Source of the DNA: Bacteroidota bacterium
GTDB taxonomy: Bacteria; Bacteroidota; Rhodothermia; Rhodothermales; UBA10348
Assembly: GCA_022571255.1 (NCBI GenBank)
Contig: JACZYD010000002.1
Coordinates: forward strand, 7,010 to 71,009
DNA length: 64,000 bases
Direction: 5' to 3'
A program made the position numbers and the translations under genes. This document shows, piece by piece, positions 26,989 through 36,820 of the stretch. Each line of letters opens with the position of its first letter. Position 1 is the first letter of the stretch. The notes beneath the pieces were generated by a model, which was not told the origin of the DNA, made no database searches, and was given only the letters and a program-made list of their open reading frames with translations.

Positions 26989-27693
26989 TTACATCATCGG
27001 CACTTCGATACACAAAATGTCGGAGGCTGCCTCGCTGACGAATGATACCGACTCTGTTTCGGTAATACCCACAGCGTCTCGCGGCCCGAGATTCTCGCCA
27101 TCTATACTTACACGACCCGAAATGATGAACAGATACATGCCGTTGCCGGGAATCTGGACCTCATAAGCGGCCTCCAGACCTGCAGAAAATACTCCCCTGG
27201 AAAAAATGGCATCTTGGCTGATGCGTAACGAACCCGACCTGCCGTCTGGCGACACAAGCGTTGTAAAAACGTCGGAGCCCAGATCGAACTTTTTCTGATC
27301 GTACTGAGGCGTAACATTCTGCTCGCGGGGCAGAACCCAGAGCTGCAGAAGTCGCAGTGTTTCAGAATCTGATGCGTTGTATTCAGAATGTGTGATTCCG
27401 CTGCCGGCCGACATGGCTTGAATTTCACCGGCCGAAACAGTCTCCTCGTGCCCCATGCTGTCTCTGTGGACGAGAGCACCGTGCAACGGAACGGTGACGA
27501 TCTCCATGTTGTTATGAGGATGCGAACCAAATCCCATTCCGGGAGCGATTTCATCGTCGTTCAGTACTCTCAGCAGCCCGAAACTCATACGATCAGGCCT
27601 GTAGTAGTCCGCGAAACTGAATGAGTGTTGAGCCTTCAACCAGCCGTGATCGGCAAATCCCCGGTCGTCGGCGGGGTGTATAATTCTGTTCAT
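26989..27693 (-). CDS. pirin family protein
   Basis: Cupin metal site motifs GFGSHPHNNMEIVTVPL and SAGSGITHSEYN. 234 aa. Confidence 0.9.
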   Translation of the reverse strand: MNRIIHPADDRGFADHGWLKAQHSFSFADYYRPDRMSFGLLRVLNDDEIAPGMGFGSHPHNNMEIVTVPLHGALVHRDSMGHEETVSAGEIQAMSAGSGITHSEYNASDSETLRLLQLWVLPREQNVTPQYDQKKFDLGSDVFTTLVSPDGRSGSLRISQDAIFSRGVFSAGLEAAYEVQIPGNGMYLFIISGRVSIDGENLGPRDAVGITETESVSFVSEAASDILCIEVPMM

Positions 27694-27946
27694 CGTCTGA
27701 TAGACAATGTGATCCTTTCCAAGAGTTTAATTCCGCAAGAGAACCGTTGAGAAACTGCGTGGATCCAGATCTGCTTATGCCTCAAAAATCCGTGTACCTT
27801 CAGTCGGACAATTCGAAATCTCGCTGTCGTGCTGGGGTATACCGACATGCACAGTCAAAATCTCAGATGTCGACGAAGGAAAAGAGGTGCAAAAATGCGA
27901 TGTTCGTTTTACAGGATCAAGTGAAATCCATGTGACCTTAGTTCAT

Positions 27947-28005
27947 GGAAATGATCGAAGCAGTACGAAAAAGTACGGAAAATGATCGAAGCAGTACGAA
28001 AAAAG
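27947..28005. repeat. 30-bp tandem duplication (x2)
   Basis: ggaaatgatcgaagcagtacgaaaaagtac followed by ggaaaatgatcgaagcagtacgaaaaaagag. Confidence 0.8.
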
Positions 28006-28020
28006 AGGGAGAAGAGGCGC

Positions 28021-28077
28021 AAAAAAAACCACCCTTTCCGAACGCCGATGACATCACACGACGGGCGTAAAGGGTGG
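28021..28077 (-). terminator. rho-independent terminator for the leftward PpsR-like gene
   Basis: Stem CCACCCTTT (28029-28037) pairs with AAAGGGTGG (28069-28077). An inner ACGCC/GGCGT pairing adds to it. On the minus strand the hairpin is followed by T8 (A8 at 28021-28028). Confidence 0.6.
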
Positions 28078-28250
28078 AAAAAACTACGTCATCACACGAA
28101 CATTAATACGTAGCTTCTCGAACATCACTACGTATATATACGAAGTATTCCGACTCCGTGCAAATGTTCGCCTCTTCATCAGCTCCTTTCTTGACGAACG
28201 CGGCTCCTGTGACAATCCTGTCAGGCGATTTTAGAAAGCGTAAACAATCC

Positions 28251-29063
28251 TTATTTCGCAGTTGCCAGATTCTTCCTCTTCCGTATCAATATTTCAGAGG
28301 CGATTTCCTCAATGGGTTTTCTGGTCACATCAATAACGTCCCAGTCGCGCCGCTTTCTGAAGACGGAATTGGCATAGGCCAACTCCTTTCTGATAAAATC
28401 GACATCGGCATAACTTCCAGTCGAACCGCCAAGATGTGCATCTCGGACTCTGCGCAAATCAGCGAGTTTTCTTGCGTCCGTAGTCAGACAGAATGCTACC
28501 CCGGCCGGGAGATCATAGATAACTTCCGGTGGCTGAATGTCACAGATTATCGGCACATTTCCGACCAGCCAGCCCTTGAACGCAAAATAAATACTGAGCG
28601 GCGTTTTAAACGTGCGCGAGACACCCAGGAGAACGATGTCAGCGTTTGTAAGCTCATGGACCCGCTGACCGTCGTCGTGCCGGAACGCAAATTCCATGGC
28701 TTCGATCCGCTGGAAATATTCGCGATTCAATTTCCGGAAAAGTCCCGGTTTCTCCGAGGGCGAATCTGAGAGTTGATAAGTCAGTTGAGCCAGTAGCGGT
28801 CCCATCAAATCGATTGTTTCCACATTATGCAACCTTCCGATGTCAGCGATCGAGGCCCGCATATCTGCAGACACAACGGTATGGACTATGAATCCGTCGA
28901 CTCGCGCTGCTTCTTCAACAACTTCGACGACCTGCTCTTCGATAAGAATTCCACCGCGTCGCTGAATGTTCACTTCAGTTTCTATGAACTGAGCCAGTGC
29001 GGCACGTAGTAATTGATCGGCGGTACCGCCCGTTCCATCCGAAACCACGAAAATGTGATACAT
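28251..29063 (-). CDS. PEP synthase / pyruvate phosphate dikinase regulatory protein (DUF299 kinase-pyrophosphorylase)
   Basis: N-terminus MYHIFVVSDGTGGTA and P-loop-like LLGVSRTFKTPLSIY. 270 aa. Confidence 0.85.
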   Translation of the reverse strand: MYHIFVVSDGTGGTADQLLRAALAQFIETEVNIQRRGGILIEEQVVEVVEEAARVDGFIVHTVVSADMRASIADIGRLHNVETIDLMGPLLAQLTYQLSDSPSEKPGLFRKLNREYFQRIEAMEFAFRHDDGQRVHELTNADIVLLGVSRTFKTPLSIYFAFKGWLVGNVPIICDIQPPEVIYDLPAGVAFCLTTDARKLADLRRVRDAHLGGSTGSYADVDFIRKELAYANSVFRKRRDWDVIDVTRKPIEEIASEILIRKRKNLATAK

Positions 29064-29175
29064 TTTATCCCGAACGACTTCTGGTCTGAACAGCTTTTAT
29101 CCCAAACAGCTTCTGGTCTGAACAGCTTTTATTCCAAACAGCTTCTGGTCTGAACAGCTTTTATCCCAAACTGCA
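29064..29175. repeat. 32-bp tandem repeat, about 3.5 copies
   Basis: The unit ttttatcccaaacagcttctggtctgaacagc occurs at 29064, 29096, 29128 and 29160 (partial). The first copy starts at the nucleotide next to the ATG (29063) of the PpsR-like gene. Confidence 0.9.
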
Positions 29176-29423
29176 TTTATTTCGGGTAGTTTAATTCAAA
29201 ATTTGTTTTGTTCACAATCCGTTCCGGATGATGCGATACGCGATCAACAGACTCCGTGTTTACATGCCCTTTTTTTTGCCCTTTGAGAACAGTCCAATTT
29301 TACGGATATTACAAGGTTCATCTTTTATAAAGCACAACCATTTCTCCTGGATGCCGTCTGCGCAATTTGATCGGCCTCTAAAATGCGGTTCTGAAAACCA
29401 GTCAACCAACGGTACCAAACGAT

Positions 29424-31304
29424 TTGCGTAAACATCCTTTCCGATTTCTGATTTTTCTGCTCCTTCCAGGCGTTGGTCTGTTTACGAAAGTGTATGCACA
29501 GCCTTTTATATTCTCGGCCGTTGATACCGATATTCTGAACCTCAGTCACGGCTCCGTGGCGCTGGTTGATCTGAACGACGACGGGCTGATGGATATACTG
29601 TATACCGGAAACTCGAAAAGCGGAGCGCCTTTTCTTCCGCGAAGTGCCGTCGCCTTCAACCGCTCCAGCGGAGAATCGTCCGAGACAACGATTCCGTTTG
29701 CAATCACGGATCTTTCCATTGAAACATACCTGGGAAACGCATACTGGTCCGATTATGACCTGGATGGTGACTTCGATTTTCTTTTGACCGGTACCACATC
29801 TGCGGAAAAACCGTACACATCGGTCTCCATCCTCTTTAATAATTCCGCAGGCATCTTCACGCCCGTTGACGCTGGATTCCCCGGCGTGCACGCCAGTACA
29901 GTTCGGTGGGCCGATGTAGATAACGATGGCGATGAAGACTTATTTCTGGCTGGTGAGACTGTCAGCGGAGAGTCTGTTGCGAAAATTTATCGTAATGATC
30001 GTGAAGCCGGATTCACAGAAATGGACACTCCCGATTTCGTTGCCAGGTTTGGAGACGCAGCTTTCGGCGATTATGACAGTGATGGAGACCTCGACCTCGT
30101 CGTTTCCGGCACCAACTCAAACGGCATTTTTGCAACCAGGATATATCTGAACGACGGGGCAGGAGGATTTACAGAATCGCCCGTGAGTCTGCAGGGGTTT
30201 GCCTTCGCCTCCGTCGAATGGGCCGATTTTGACGGAGATGGTGACCTCGACCTGGCCACTTCTGGCGCGGAGGTAACGGTCGCCGACATTCTGCACGGAA
30301 AAACGATTTTATACCGAAACGACAACGGAATATTTAACCGCCTTGACGATGAGTTCGAGGGCGTGTTCTACGGGGATCTCACGTGGGGTGATTATGACCT
30401 GGACGGCGATCTGGATCTGTTTATCATGGGAAGAACGTCGCTCGACGGCAGCCATATTGGCAAGATATACCGAAACGAAGCAGGGCAATTCATAGAAGCC
30501 ACGGGACTTGTGGGCACATCAACGGCCAACGCAGAGTGGATTGATTTCGACGGAGACAACGATCTGGATGTTTTTGTGCTTGGTCGGAGTTTTATCGGTA
30601 CCCCGTTCTCAAAACTGTACCGCAACGACAGCCGGCTCATAAACAGACCCCCGCAACCACCCGACGGACTCTCGAGCACCGTCAATGCGGACAATGTTAC
30701 ACTTTCCTGGAATGCCGGCGATGACGTTGAGACAGGAATTGCGGGATTGATGTATAATGTCAGTGTGGGCACGGCTCCAGGAGCTTCTGATATATTCTCA
30801 GCGCGGGCGAATACGACCACCGGTAAACGCTGGATTTTCGGACCGGGCAACGTCGGCCATAATTTGAGCTGGACGCTGCACAATCTCCCGATCGGACTTT
30901 ATTTCTGGAGCGTTCAAACCATCGACAACTCGTATATCGGATCTGAATTTTCGGAGGAAGGACAATTCTCCGTTTCTACGGGCGGTAAAATATCTACCGG
31001 TACCGACGACAAGGTCGATTTGCCGCAGGATTTCATGCTCCATCCGGCGTACCCTAATCCCATGCGTACGACCACGACGTTGGTCTTCGATATCCCGGTA
31101 TCCACCGCGGTGGAGATCACAATATTTGACATCCTCGGCAAGCGGATAAAAACCCTCGTAAACGGCTATCTGCCTGGCGGAATACACCGAATCGACTGGG
31201 AAGGCGACTCCGAATCAGGACATGCGCTCGGTTCCGGAGTCTTTTTCGTTCGCATGCGCGCCGGCGAACAGGTATTCACTCAGAAACTTGTTTTACTGAA
31301 ATGA
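29424..31304 (+). CDS. FG-GAP/VCBS repeat protein with an Fn3-like module and a T9SS C-terminal sorting domain
   Basis: TTG start with signal LIFLLLPGVGLFTKVYAQ. Repeated D.D.DGD.D calcium-type loops are present (WADVDNDGDEDLF, FGDYDSDGDLDLV, WADFDGDGDLDLA, WGDYDLDGDLDLF, WIDFDGDNDLDVF). The C-terminus ...GVFFVRMRAGEQVFTQKLVLLK is typical of Por/T9SS CTDs. Confidence 0.8.
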   Translation: MRKHPFRFLIFLLLPGVGLFTKVYAQPFIFSAVDTDILNLSHGSVALVDLNDDGLMDILYTGNSKSGAPFLPRSAVAFNRSSGESSETTIPFAITDLSIETYLGNAYWSDYDLDGDFDFLLTGTTSAEKPYTSVSILFNNSAGIFTPVDAGFPGVHASTVRWADVDNDGDEDLFLAGETVSGESVAKIYRNDREAGFTEMDTPDFVARFGDAAFGDYDSDGDLDLVVSGTNSNGIFATRIYLNDGAGGFTESPVSLQGFAFASVEWADFDGDGDLDLATSGAEVTVADILHGKTILYRNDNGIFNRLDDEFEGVFYGDLTWGDYDLDGDLDLFIMGRTSLDGSHIGKIYRNEAGQFIEATGLVGTSTANAEWIDFDGDNDLDVFVLGRSFIGTPFSKLYRNDSRLINRPPQPPDGLSSTVNADNVTLSWNAGDDVETGIAGLMYNVSVGTAPGASDIFSARANTTTGKRWIFGPGNVGHNLSWTLHNLPIGLYFWSVQTIDNSYIGSEFSEEGQFSVSTGGKISTGTDDKVDLPQDFMLHPAYPNPMRTTTTLVFDIPVSTAVEITIFDILGKRIKTLVNGYLPGGIHRIDWEGDSESGHALGSGVFFVRMRAGEQVFTQKLVLLK

Positions 31305-32959
31305 GAAGTGTATACCTGACAGTATTCCTTGTAATGTGTGCCACAACTTCTGCTCTTGATTCGGTGGCCCAAGACCCACCTCCACTCTGGGAGCAGCTGT
31401 TTCTACAGAACATTGAACCGCTTCAGTACGGTGCTGCGGCATGGGGTGATTTCAACGGCGATGGAAATTTTGATTTGATTTACACGGGGAGTACAACTGA
31501 TTTTGAAGTTGCAACTCCGTTTACGCAGCTTTATATCAACATGGGCGAAGTCAGTCGAGAGATACCGAATCCGGGCGGCGAACCGATAATTGTTTTCGGG
31601 ATCGACTATCTGGAACTCGGATTCGATGACGTATTCCAAATCCCTCTGTGGCGAAGTTCCGCGGCCTGGGGAGATGTAAATGGTGACGGTCGCCTGGATA
31701 TCTTGATGATGGGTATCACCAATCTGGAAGAGCGGCTGCTTCTGGTGTATTTGCAAATGCCGCCCGAAGCGCAGAGACCATTCGCACTGGCCTACGTGTT
31801 ACCCGGCCTCTCAGACGGCGACCTTAAACTGGCGGATATCGACAACGACGGCGACCAGGATATTATTCTCTCCGGGTACGATGAAGAAAATAATCCGCTG
31901 TCCACGATATACGAGAATCTGGTTCTAACTGAACGCAGATTTGCTCCACTTTCTGTGAATCTGATTCATGTTGGCCAGAGTTCAATTGCTGTTGGAGATT
32001 ACGATAACGATCAGGACCTGGATTTAATCATTACCGGAATCGGAAGCCCCCAGGAGTTCATCACGCGATTGTACAGAAACGACGGACGGGGAAACTTCTT
32101 TCCGACGACGGATTCGTTTATACCTCTGCTGGGTGCCTCTGTCGACTGGGGCGATTACGATGCAGACGGCGATCTGGACCTCTTGTATTCTGGAGGAATC
32201 TTGACGCCTTTTCTACTTCAAGGTGAGATTTATGTCTACCAGAACAATGGAGGATCTTTCAGCCCGGACGGAGTCACAATCATCGGAAGTTTCGTAGAAG
32301 ATCCTGCTTTTGGTCGCTATCGCGGTAGTGCTCAATGGGGTGACTTCAATAATGACGGATTCCTCGATTTCCTGGTTGCAGGGAGCATGGGTCCTCAGTT
32401 GACACGCACTGGACAGGCGTTCCAGAATCAACAATCCAATATTTTTACCCATTCAAACATCGGACTCCACGGTAGATTCTCGGGTGGACTGTTTGGAACT
32501 ACCTTCTGGGGAGATTTCGACAACGACGGCGACCTTGACATTTTTTCCCTCGGTTTTGACGAAGCGCGGGGAAACGTATCGCAGGTGCTGCGGAACTACC
32601 TGCCGTGGTATCCTCGAAATCGGGTGCCACAGGCATCAACCGAGACATCTTCAACCGTCCTCGGCAATCAGGTAACACTGTCCTGGAACGCCGGGAGAGA
32701 CTCGAGTACACCGACGCCAGCATTAACGTATAACGTTCGAATAGGAAGTTCCAAAGACGCAAGCGACGTGATGCCGGCAATGGCAAGCCCGGACAATGGG
32801 TTGAGATATGTTTCCGCCCACGGCAATGTTCAGAACAATCTCTCCTGGACTATCCATGATCTCGCACCCGGTAAATATTACTGGGCGGTCCAGACCATAG
32901 ACACGAGTTATAAGGGGTCTCCATTTACGGAAGAAGCGACGTTTACAATTCTTCAGTAG
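31301..32959 (+). CDS. FG-GAP/VCBS repeat protein with an Fn3-like module and no CTD
   Basis: Signal MRSVYLTVFLVMCATTSALDSVAQ. It has the same DGD-loop repeats (WGDFNGDGNFDLI, WGDVNGDGRLDIL, LADIDNDGDQDII, WGDYDADGDLDLL, WGDFDNDGDLDIF). The Fn3-like end is paralogous to the upstream gene (VTLSWNAG..., YYWAVQTIDTSY versus YFWSVQTIDNSY). The start overlaps the upstream stop (ATGA). Confidence 0.8.
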   Translation: MRSVYLTVFLVMCATTSALDSVAQDPPPLWEQLFLQNIEPLQYGAAAWGDFNGDGNFDLIYTGSTTDFEVATPFTQLYINMGEVSREIPNPGGEPIIVFGIDYLELGFDDVFQIPLWRSSAAWGDVNGDGRLDILMMGITNLEERLLLVYLQMPPEAQRPFALAYVLPGLSDGDLKLADIDNDGDQDIILSGYDEENNPLSTIYENLVLTERRFAPLSVNLIHVGQSSIAVGDYDNDQDLDLIITGIGSPQEFITRLYRNDGRGNFFPTTDSFIPLLGASVDWGDYDADGDLDLLYSGGILTPFLLQGEIYVYQNNGGSFSPDGVTIIGSFVEDPAFGRYRGSAQWGDFNNDGFLDFLVAGSMGPQLTRTGQAFQNQQSNIFTHSNIGLHGRFSGGLFGTTFWGDFDNDGDLDIFSLGFDEARGNVSQVLRNYLPWYPRNRVPQASTETSSTVLGNQVTLSWNAGRDSSTPTPALTYNVRIGSSKDASDVMPAMASPDNGLRYVSAHGNVQNNLSWTIHDLAPGKYYWAVQTIDTSYKGSPFTEEATFTILQ

Positions 32960-33972
32960 TCGGCCGCCTGTACTGCCGGCCACGGCGAGAGAGCTACCTC
33001 TGCAAGCCGTGTTACCGGTCCGATAGGATTACCGATTCTGAATCCTCCATTGAGCGGGTTGTAATTCAGGATCCGCGCTGATTTTTCGGAAATGACCCAT
33101 TCCACGGAAAATCTTCCTACCGCTCCTACAAATCCGAAGCCATTTTCGACATTGGAAAACGTCCCGGGTTGCGCGAGAATTTCCAGATCAAAGACTCCCC
33201 CCGGAGGCACGAATTTATTGTCCAGTAAGGTGATGGTCTGGCCGAGTCCAACGAGAAGAAGCTGATCCAGCGAAAGGTTTGTGTCCAGCGTATCATGTTG
33301 CCTCTTTAAATCCAGTGCCAGTTCGAGGCGCTTGAGCGCATCGTCATAGGAGTTTGGAACGTCATAAGGCAATCGAAAATCTACGAATCCGATCTCAGTG
33401 AATTCCAGGAACCTGTACCATTGTTCAATCTCATGGGGTTCTCCGTTCAGCAGCGTCCAGACAACGCTTTGACTTCCGCGTACCACCAAGCCTGTTGGCC
33501 CCGTTGAGGCCGTAACATTCTCTTCATGAACAGTCGCAATGGGGACTTCAGGAATGGTCGTCTCGGCGCTAGTCACAAGTGGGAAAGAAGAAGAGCGCAG
33601 TTCGATCCGGTACGTATGTTCAGGCTCGATTTTAAGATTTATTTCAAAAAGAACTCCAGCCTTCCCGTCACTGAATGTCACCTCTCTTCCTGACCAGGTT
33701 ACGGTCTCACCGGTAGTCAAATCGATTGATCGAAGATCCAGATCAACCTTTTCCATCAGTCTGGCATCGATAACCGGTCGGATGGGGACGACACGCAAGC
33801 GTTGTACATCCGAATTCATGTCGAGCGTGCCCCAGAGCGTCGCCTGCTGGTCACTTTCAATAATTGGATTCAGCGTGTCGTCACAGGCGGAAAAAACGAA
33901 GACAACAACGCTCAAAACCAGCAAGTTTATTTTGCCGTATACAGGCAATCTGATATTCCCACATTGCAACAT
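32953..33972 (-). CDS. DUF4249-like lipoprotein
   Basis: Lipobox VFVFSAC and the C-terminal motif FSNVENGFGFVGAVG, typical of DUF4249. It lies directly downstream of a CarboxypepD_reg-type TonB receptor, which is the usual pairing. Confidence 0.6.
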   Translation of the reverse strand: MLQCGNIRLPVYGKINLLVLSVVVFVFSACDDTLNPIIESDQQATLWGTLDMNSDVQRLRVVPIRPVIDARLMEKVDLDLRSIDLTTGETVTWSGREVTFSDGKAGVLFEINLKIEPEHTYRIELRSSSFPLVTSAETTIPEVPIATVHEENVTASTGPTGLVVRGSQSVVWTLLNGEPHEIEQWYRFLEFTEIGFVDFRLPYDVPNSYDDALKRLELALDLKRQHDTLDTNLSLDQLLLVGLGQTITLLDNKFVPPGGVFDLEILAQPGTFSNVENGFGFVGAVGRFSVEWVISEKSARILNYNPLNGGFRIGNPIGPVTRLAEVALSPWPAVQAADY

Positions 33973-33975
33973 GAG

Positions 33976-36270
33976 TCAGAATTCCAGTTTGGCAGAAATG
34001 GATGGAATACGCGGTAGTTGATTCAGCGTCCTGAGTGTGAAAAGATCCACGTAAAACAGATTGTCCCGATCGTACACATTTGTCACACCCAACTGCACCG
34101 TCAGTTTTTTTCTCCCTTTCAATACGAACATCTTATCCAGTGTCATGTCGAGTCGATGATAATCGGGCAGTCGACCCTCATAGGGCCGACCGTAGAGAAC
34201 TCGCGTTTCTCCGGGTTCATCCCTCACATCGATCGGGCCGTCTACCAGAATAAATTCGTCGAATCCGAACGACTCGCTGAACGGCGTTCCGCTGCCGTAC
34301 TGCCACCTTGTACTGAACCTGAATCCGTTTTTACTCAATGAAAACAGGGCGTTGACCTGATTCCTCCTGTCATGCGGCGGAGAGAATATCAGTGTGGGCG
34401 ATCCGAACCACAAATCAAGCCCGTCCTGTCGCGCCTCATACTCGACAATGGTATACCCATAGTTGGCGAAACCGTAAAATATCCCTTTGGAAAATTCAAT
34501 TCGAAAATCAAATCCACGTACTTCGCCGTCCGCCGGTTGGAAGTCTGTGGTAAACTGAGGGAAGGCTGACCAGCGTGCAATCGACAGATTAGAGAGTTTC
34601 TTGTAAAACACCTCGGTCGAGAAGTTCAACGAGTTACCAGCCTGAATCTGGTACCCGAGGATGAGGTGCACCGCCTCGGGAACAGACCCTCTCTCGGCTA
34701 CGGTCCAGGCCGTAAACACGTCGCCAGCATCGCGTCTGTCTGTCAGCCCTATCACTTCCTGATGATAAATGCCTGCTGCAATGTTGAACTGGTGAAAACC
34801 CAGGTCGTAAATCAAACGCAGACGCGGCTCCAGATAGTTCGTACTGTTACTTGGATAAGAAACCACTCGGACGCCCGGACGAATCCGCAATCTCCGCGCC
34901 ACGGTAAGCTCGGTTTCCATATAAATGCCTACTTCGGTGACGTTTTCCTGCTCGTCGGAGAATTCGAGACTGGCATCGTTCAGATCTGTTTTGAGTGTCA
35001 TGGAATTCAGGAATAAACCCCAGTTAATGTCAAAACTTGGTCCAAAGTGTGTGATATTTGCAGCAAACCCGAACCGTTTGGCACTGGACGTGCGACTCGG
35101 GTCGTCTTCACTTCCGAACGTATTCTCGACTTCCGACGTCGAAAAAATGATCTCCGCTTGAATGGGAAGCGTTGTTGGCAATAACATATACTTTCCGGTG
35201 AAAACCTTATTTCTCCAGATGATCTGATCGGCCGTAATATCGAGAGAATCATCGGCTGCAACAGGATCGATCGTTCCTCTGTCGTACGTTGAGAGTCCTG
35301 TAAATGAGAGCTGACTGTTGGGTGTAAGATCAGCATGGATTTTCCCGAATAAATCGCTGAATTTGTACGGCAGGGGTTCGTCAAGATATTGTTTTGCACC
35401 ATGTTCAATGACCGAAACTCGGCCCGAGAGAAGAATCGAAACTCTGTTGGCGATGAGCGGCCCCTCAATCCGCCCGCCGCTTATGAACGGACCAATGTCG
35501 ATTTCTCCAGACACCCTTCTTTTATTTCCATTGCGAGTATTGACGGAAAGCACCGATGAAAGACGCCCCCCGTACTTGGCACCATATCCACCCGCGTGAA
35601 AATCGGTAACGTTTATTATGGTCGACGGAAAAGCAGAATAAAACCCGATAAGGTGAAACGGTTGATAAATCAGGGCCCCGTCAATCAGCACGAGATTCTG
35701 AGTGGGCTCTCCGCCCCGAACGAAAAATTGCCCCCCCTGATCTCCGGATGTAACAACGCCCGGAAGTGTTTGAAGGTATGTCGCCAGATCGCCGGCAACG
35801 TCCAGCGATGGAATAGCATCGATATCCTGGGGGCGAATGATCTGTAGTCCAGCGACAACCGCCGCCACTCCGGCGCCTTCCCGGTCGGTTTCGACAACCA
35901 CCTCGTCAAGGTCTGTTGTTTCGAAAAACATTTCGATATTAAACGATTGTATCTCGTCCGCAGAGAATCTCAATGTATCCAGAATCGCCCTGAATCCAAT
36001 AAATGTAGCTCTCAGAAAATAGGTGCCCGGGGGGATGCTGGCGATCACGAAAAGACCCTGAAAATCTGAAGAAGCGCCAAGAAACGCCCCCGAATCATCT
36101 GTAAGAACCACATTCACGCCCTGCATGGGTTCGCCGTTATCCGCATCCCGGATAAATCCGCGCAACATCGCGTCCTGGGCGCTCGCCTGAACCGCGAGAA
36201 ACGAGAGGATTACCAGGAGAAATGCTCTTATTGCCACTACTGAAGAATTGCGGGATAAAAATCCGGCCAT
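33976..36270 (-). CDS. TonB-dependent receptor with N-terminal carboxypeptidase-regulatory-like domain
   Basis: N-terminal module GFIRDADNGEPMQGVNVVLTD...IPPGTYFLRATFIGF, then a plug-like region (LQTLPGVVTSGDQGGQFFVRGGEPTQNLVLIDG), a long beta-barrel, and a terminal ...SISAKLEF. Confidence 0.85.
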   Translation of the reverse strand: MAGFLSRNSSVVAIRAFLLVILSFLAVQASAQDAMLRGFIRDADNGEPMQGVNVVLTDDSGAFLGASSDFQGLFVIASIPPGTYFLRATFIGFRAILDTLRFSADEIQSFNIEMFFETTDLDEVVVETDREGAGVAAVVAGLQIIRPQDIDAIPSLDVAGDLATYLQTLPGVVTSGDQGGQFFVRGGEPTQNLVLIDGALIYQPFHLIGFYSAFPSTIINVTDFHAGGYGAKYGGRLSSVLSVNTRNGNKRRVSGEIDIGPFISGGRIEGPLIANRVSILLSGRVSVIEHGAKQYLDEPLPYKFSDLFGKIHADLTPNSQLSFTGLSTYDRGTIDPVAADDSLDITADQIIWRNKVFTGKYMLLPTTLPIQAEIIFSTSEVENTFGSEDDPSRTSSAKRFGFAANITHFGPSFDINWGLFLNSMTLKTDLNDASLEFSDEQENVTEVGIYMETELTVARRLRIRPGVRVVSYPSNSTNYLEPRLRLIYDLGFHQFNIAAGIYHQEVIGLTDRRDAGDVFTAWTVAERGSVPEAVHLILGYQIQAGNSLNFSTEVFYKKLSNLSIARWSAFPQFTTDFQPADGEVRGFDFRIEFSKGIFYGFANYGYTIVEYEARQDGLDLWFGSPTLIFSPPHDRRNQVNALFSLSKNGFRFSTRWQYGSGTPFSESFGFDEFILVDGPIDVRDEPGETRVLYGRPYEGRLPDYHRLDMTLDKMFVLKGRKKLTVQLGVTNVYDRDNLFYVDLFTLRTLNQLPRIPSISAKLEF

Positions 36271-36399
36271 AGAAACGAGTACTCTGTGCGTTAAGCCTGT
36301 AATATATTCTCCGAGAGCAGAAGTCGCTATTTTACGGCGCTCGCGACTTGTATAAAAGGGGTAAAACCATCACCTCTTCTGACGGCGCTGTTTTCTGAG

Positions 36400-36720
36400 T
36401 TGAAACAGCACATCGTCAATCAATCCCAGCCTGGGCGATCGGTACTTACGCTATGCACGATTTTTTTTGTTCTCGCGTCCACGCTTGCCCGTGGTCAAAC
36501 GACCGATAAACCCAACATCCTTGTAATCTTGGGCCATGATATCGGTCAGCCAAACGTCAATGCGTACACCATGGGCATTATGGGATATCAAACGCCAAAC
36601 CATAGACCGAATTAGCCACCGAAGGCATGATTTTTACGGACTACTACGGCGAACAGAGTTGTACTGCGGAGGGGTCTTCTTCCTTCTCCCGAAAACACTT
36701 TTTCGTATTTTCAGCTGTCC
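36400..36720 (+). pseudogene. arylsulfatase gene remnant (N-terminal ~100 codons with frameshifts and degraded active site)
   Basis: A signal peptide is followed by KPNILVILGHDIGQPNVNAYTMGIMGYQTPN (canonical GDD is now GHD). Two frame changes then give IDRI and ELATEGMIFTDYYGEQSCTAEGSSSF (canonical SCTAGR is degraded). Similarity ends about 36700, and the rest of a gene expected to be roughly 1.5 kb is absent. Confidence 0.65.
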
Positions 36721-36820
36721 TGCATCTGATATATCGAAAATCCTCTTCCCTGCAGCATTGCACGTTCACTTTGTCAAGCGGTTTGTCCGTCCCGGGTTAA
36801 ATGTTATTGCGCCGTTTTTG

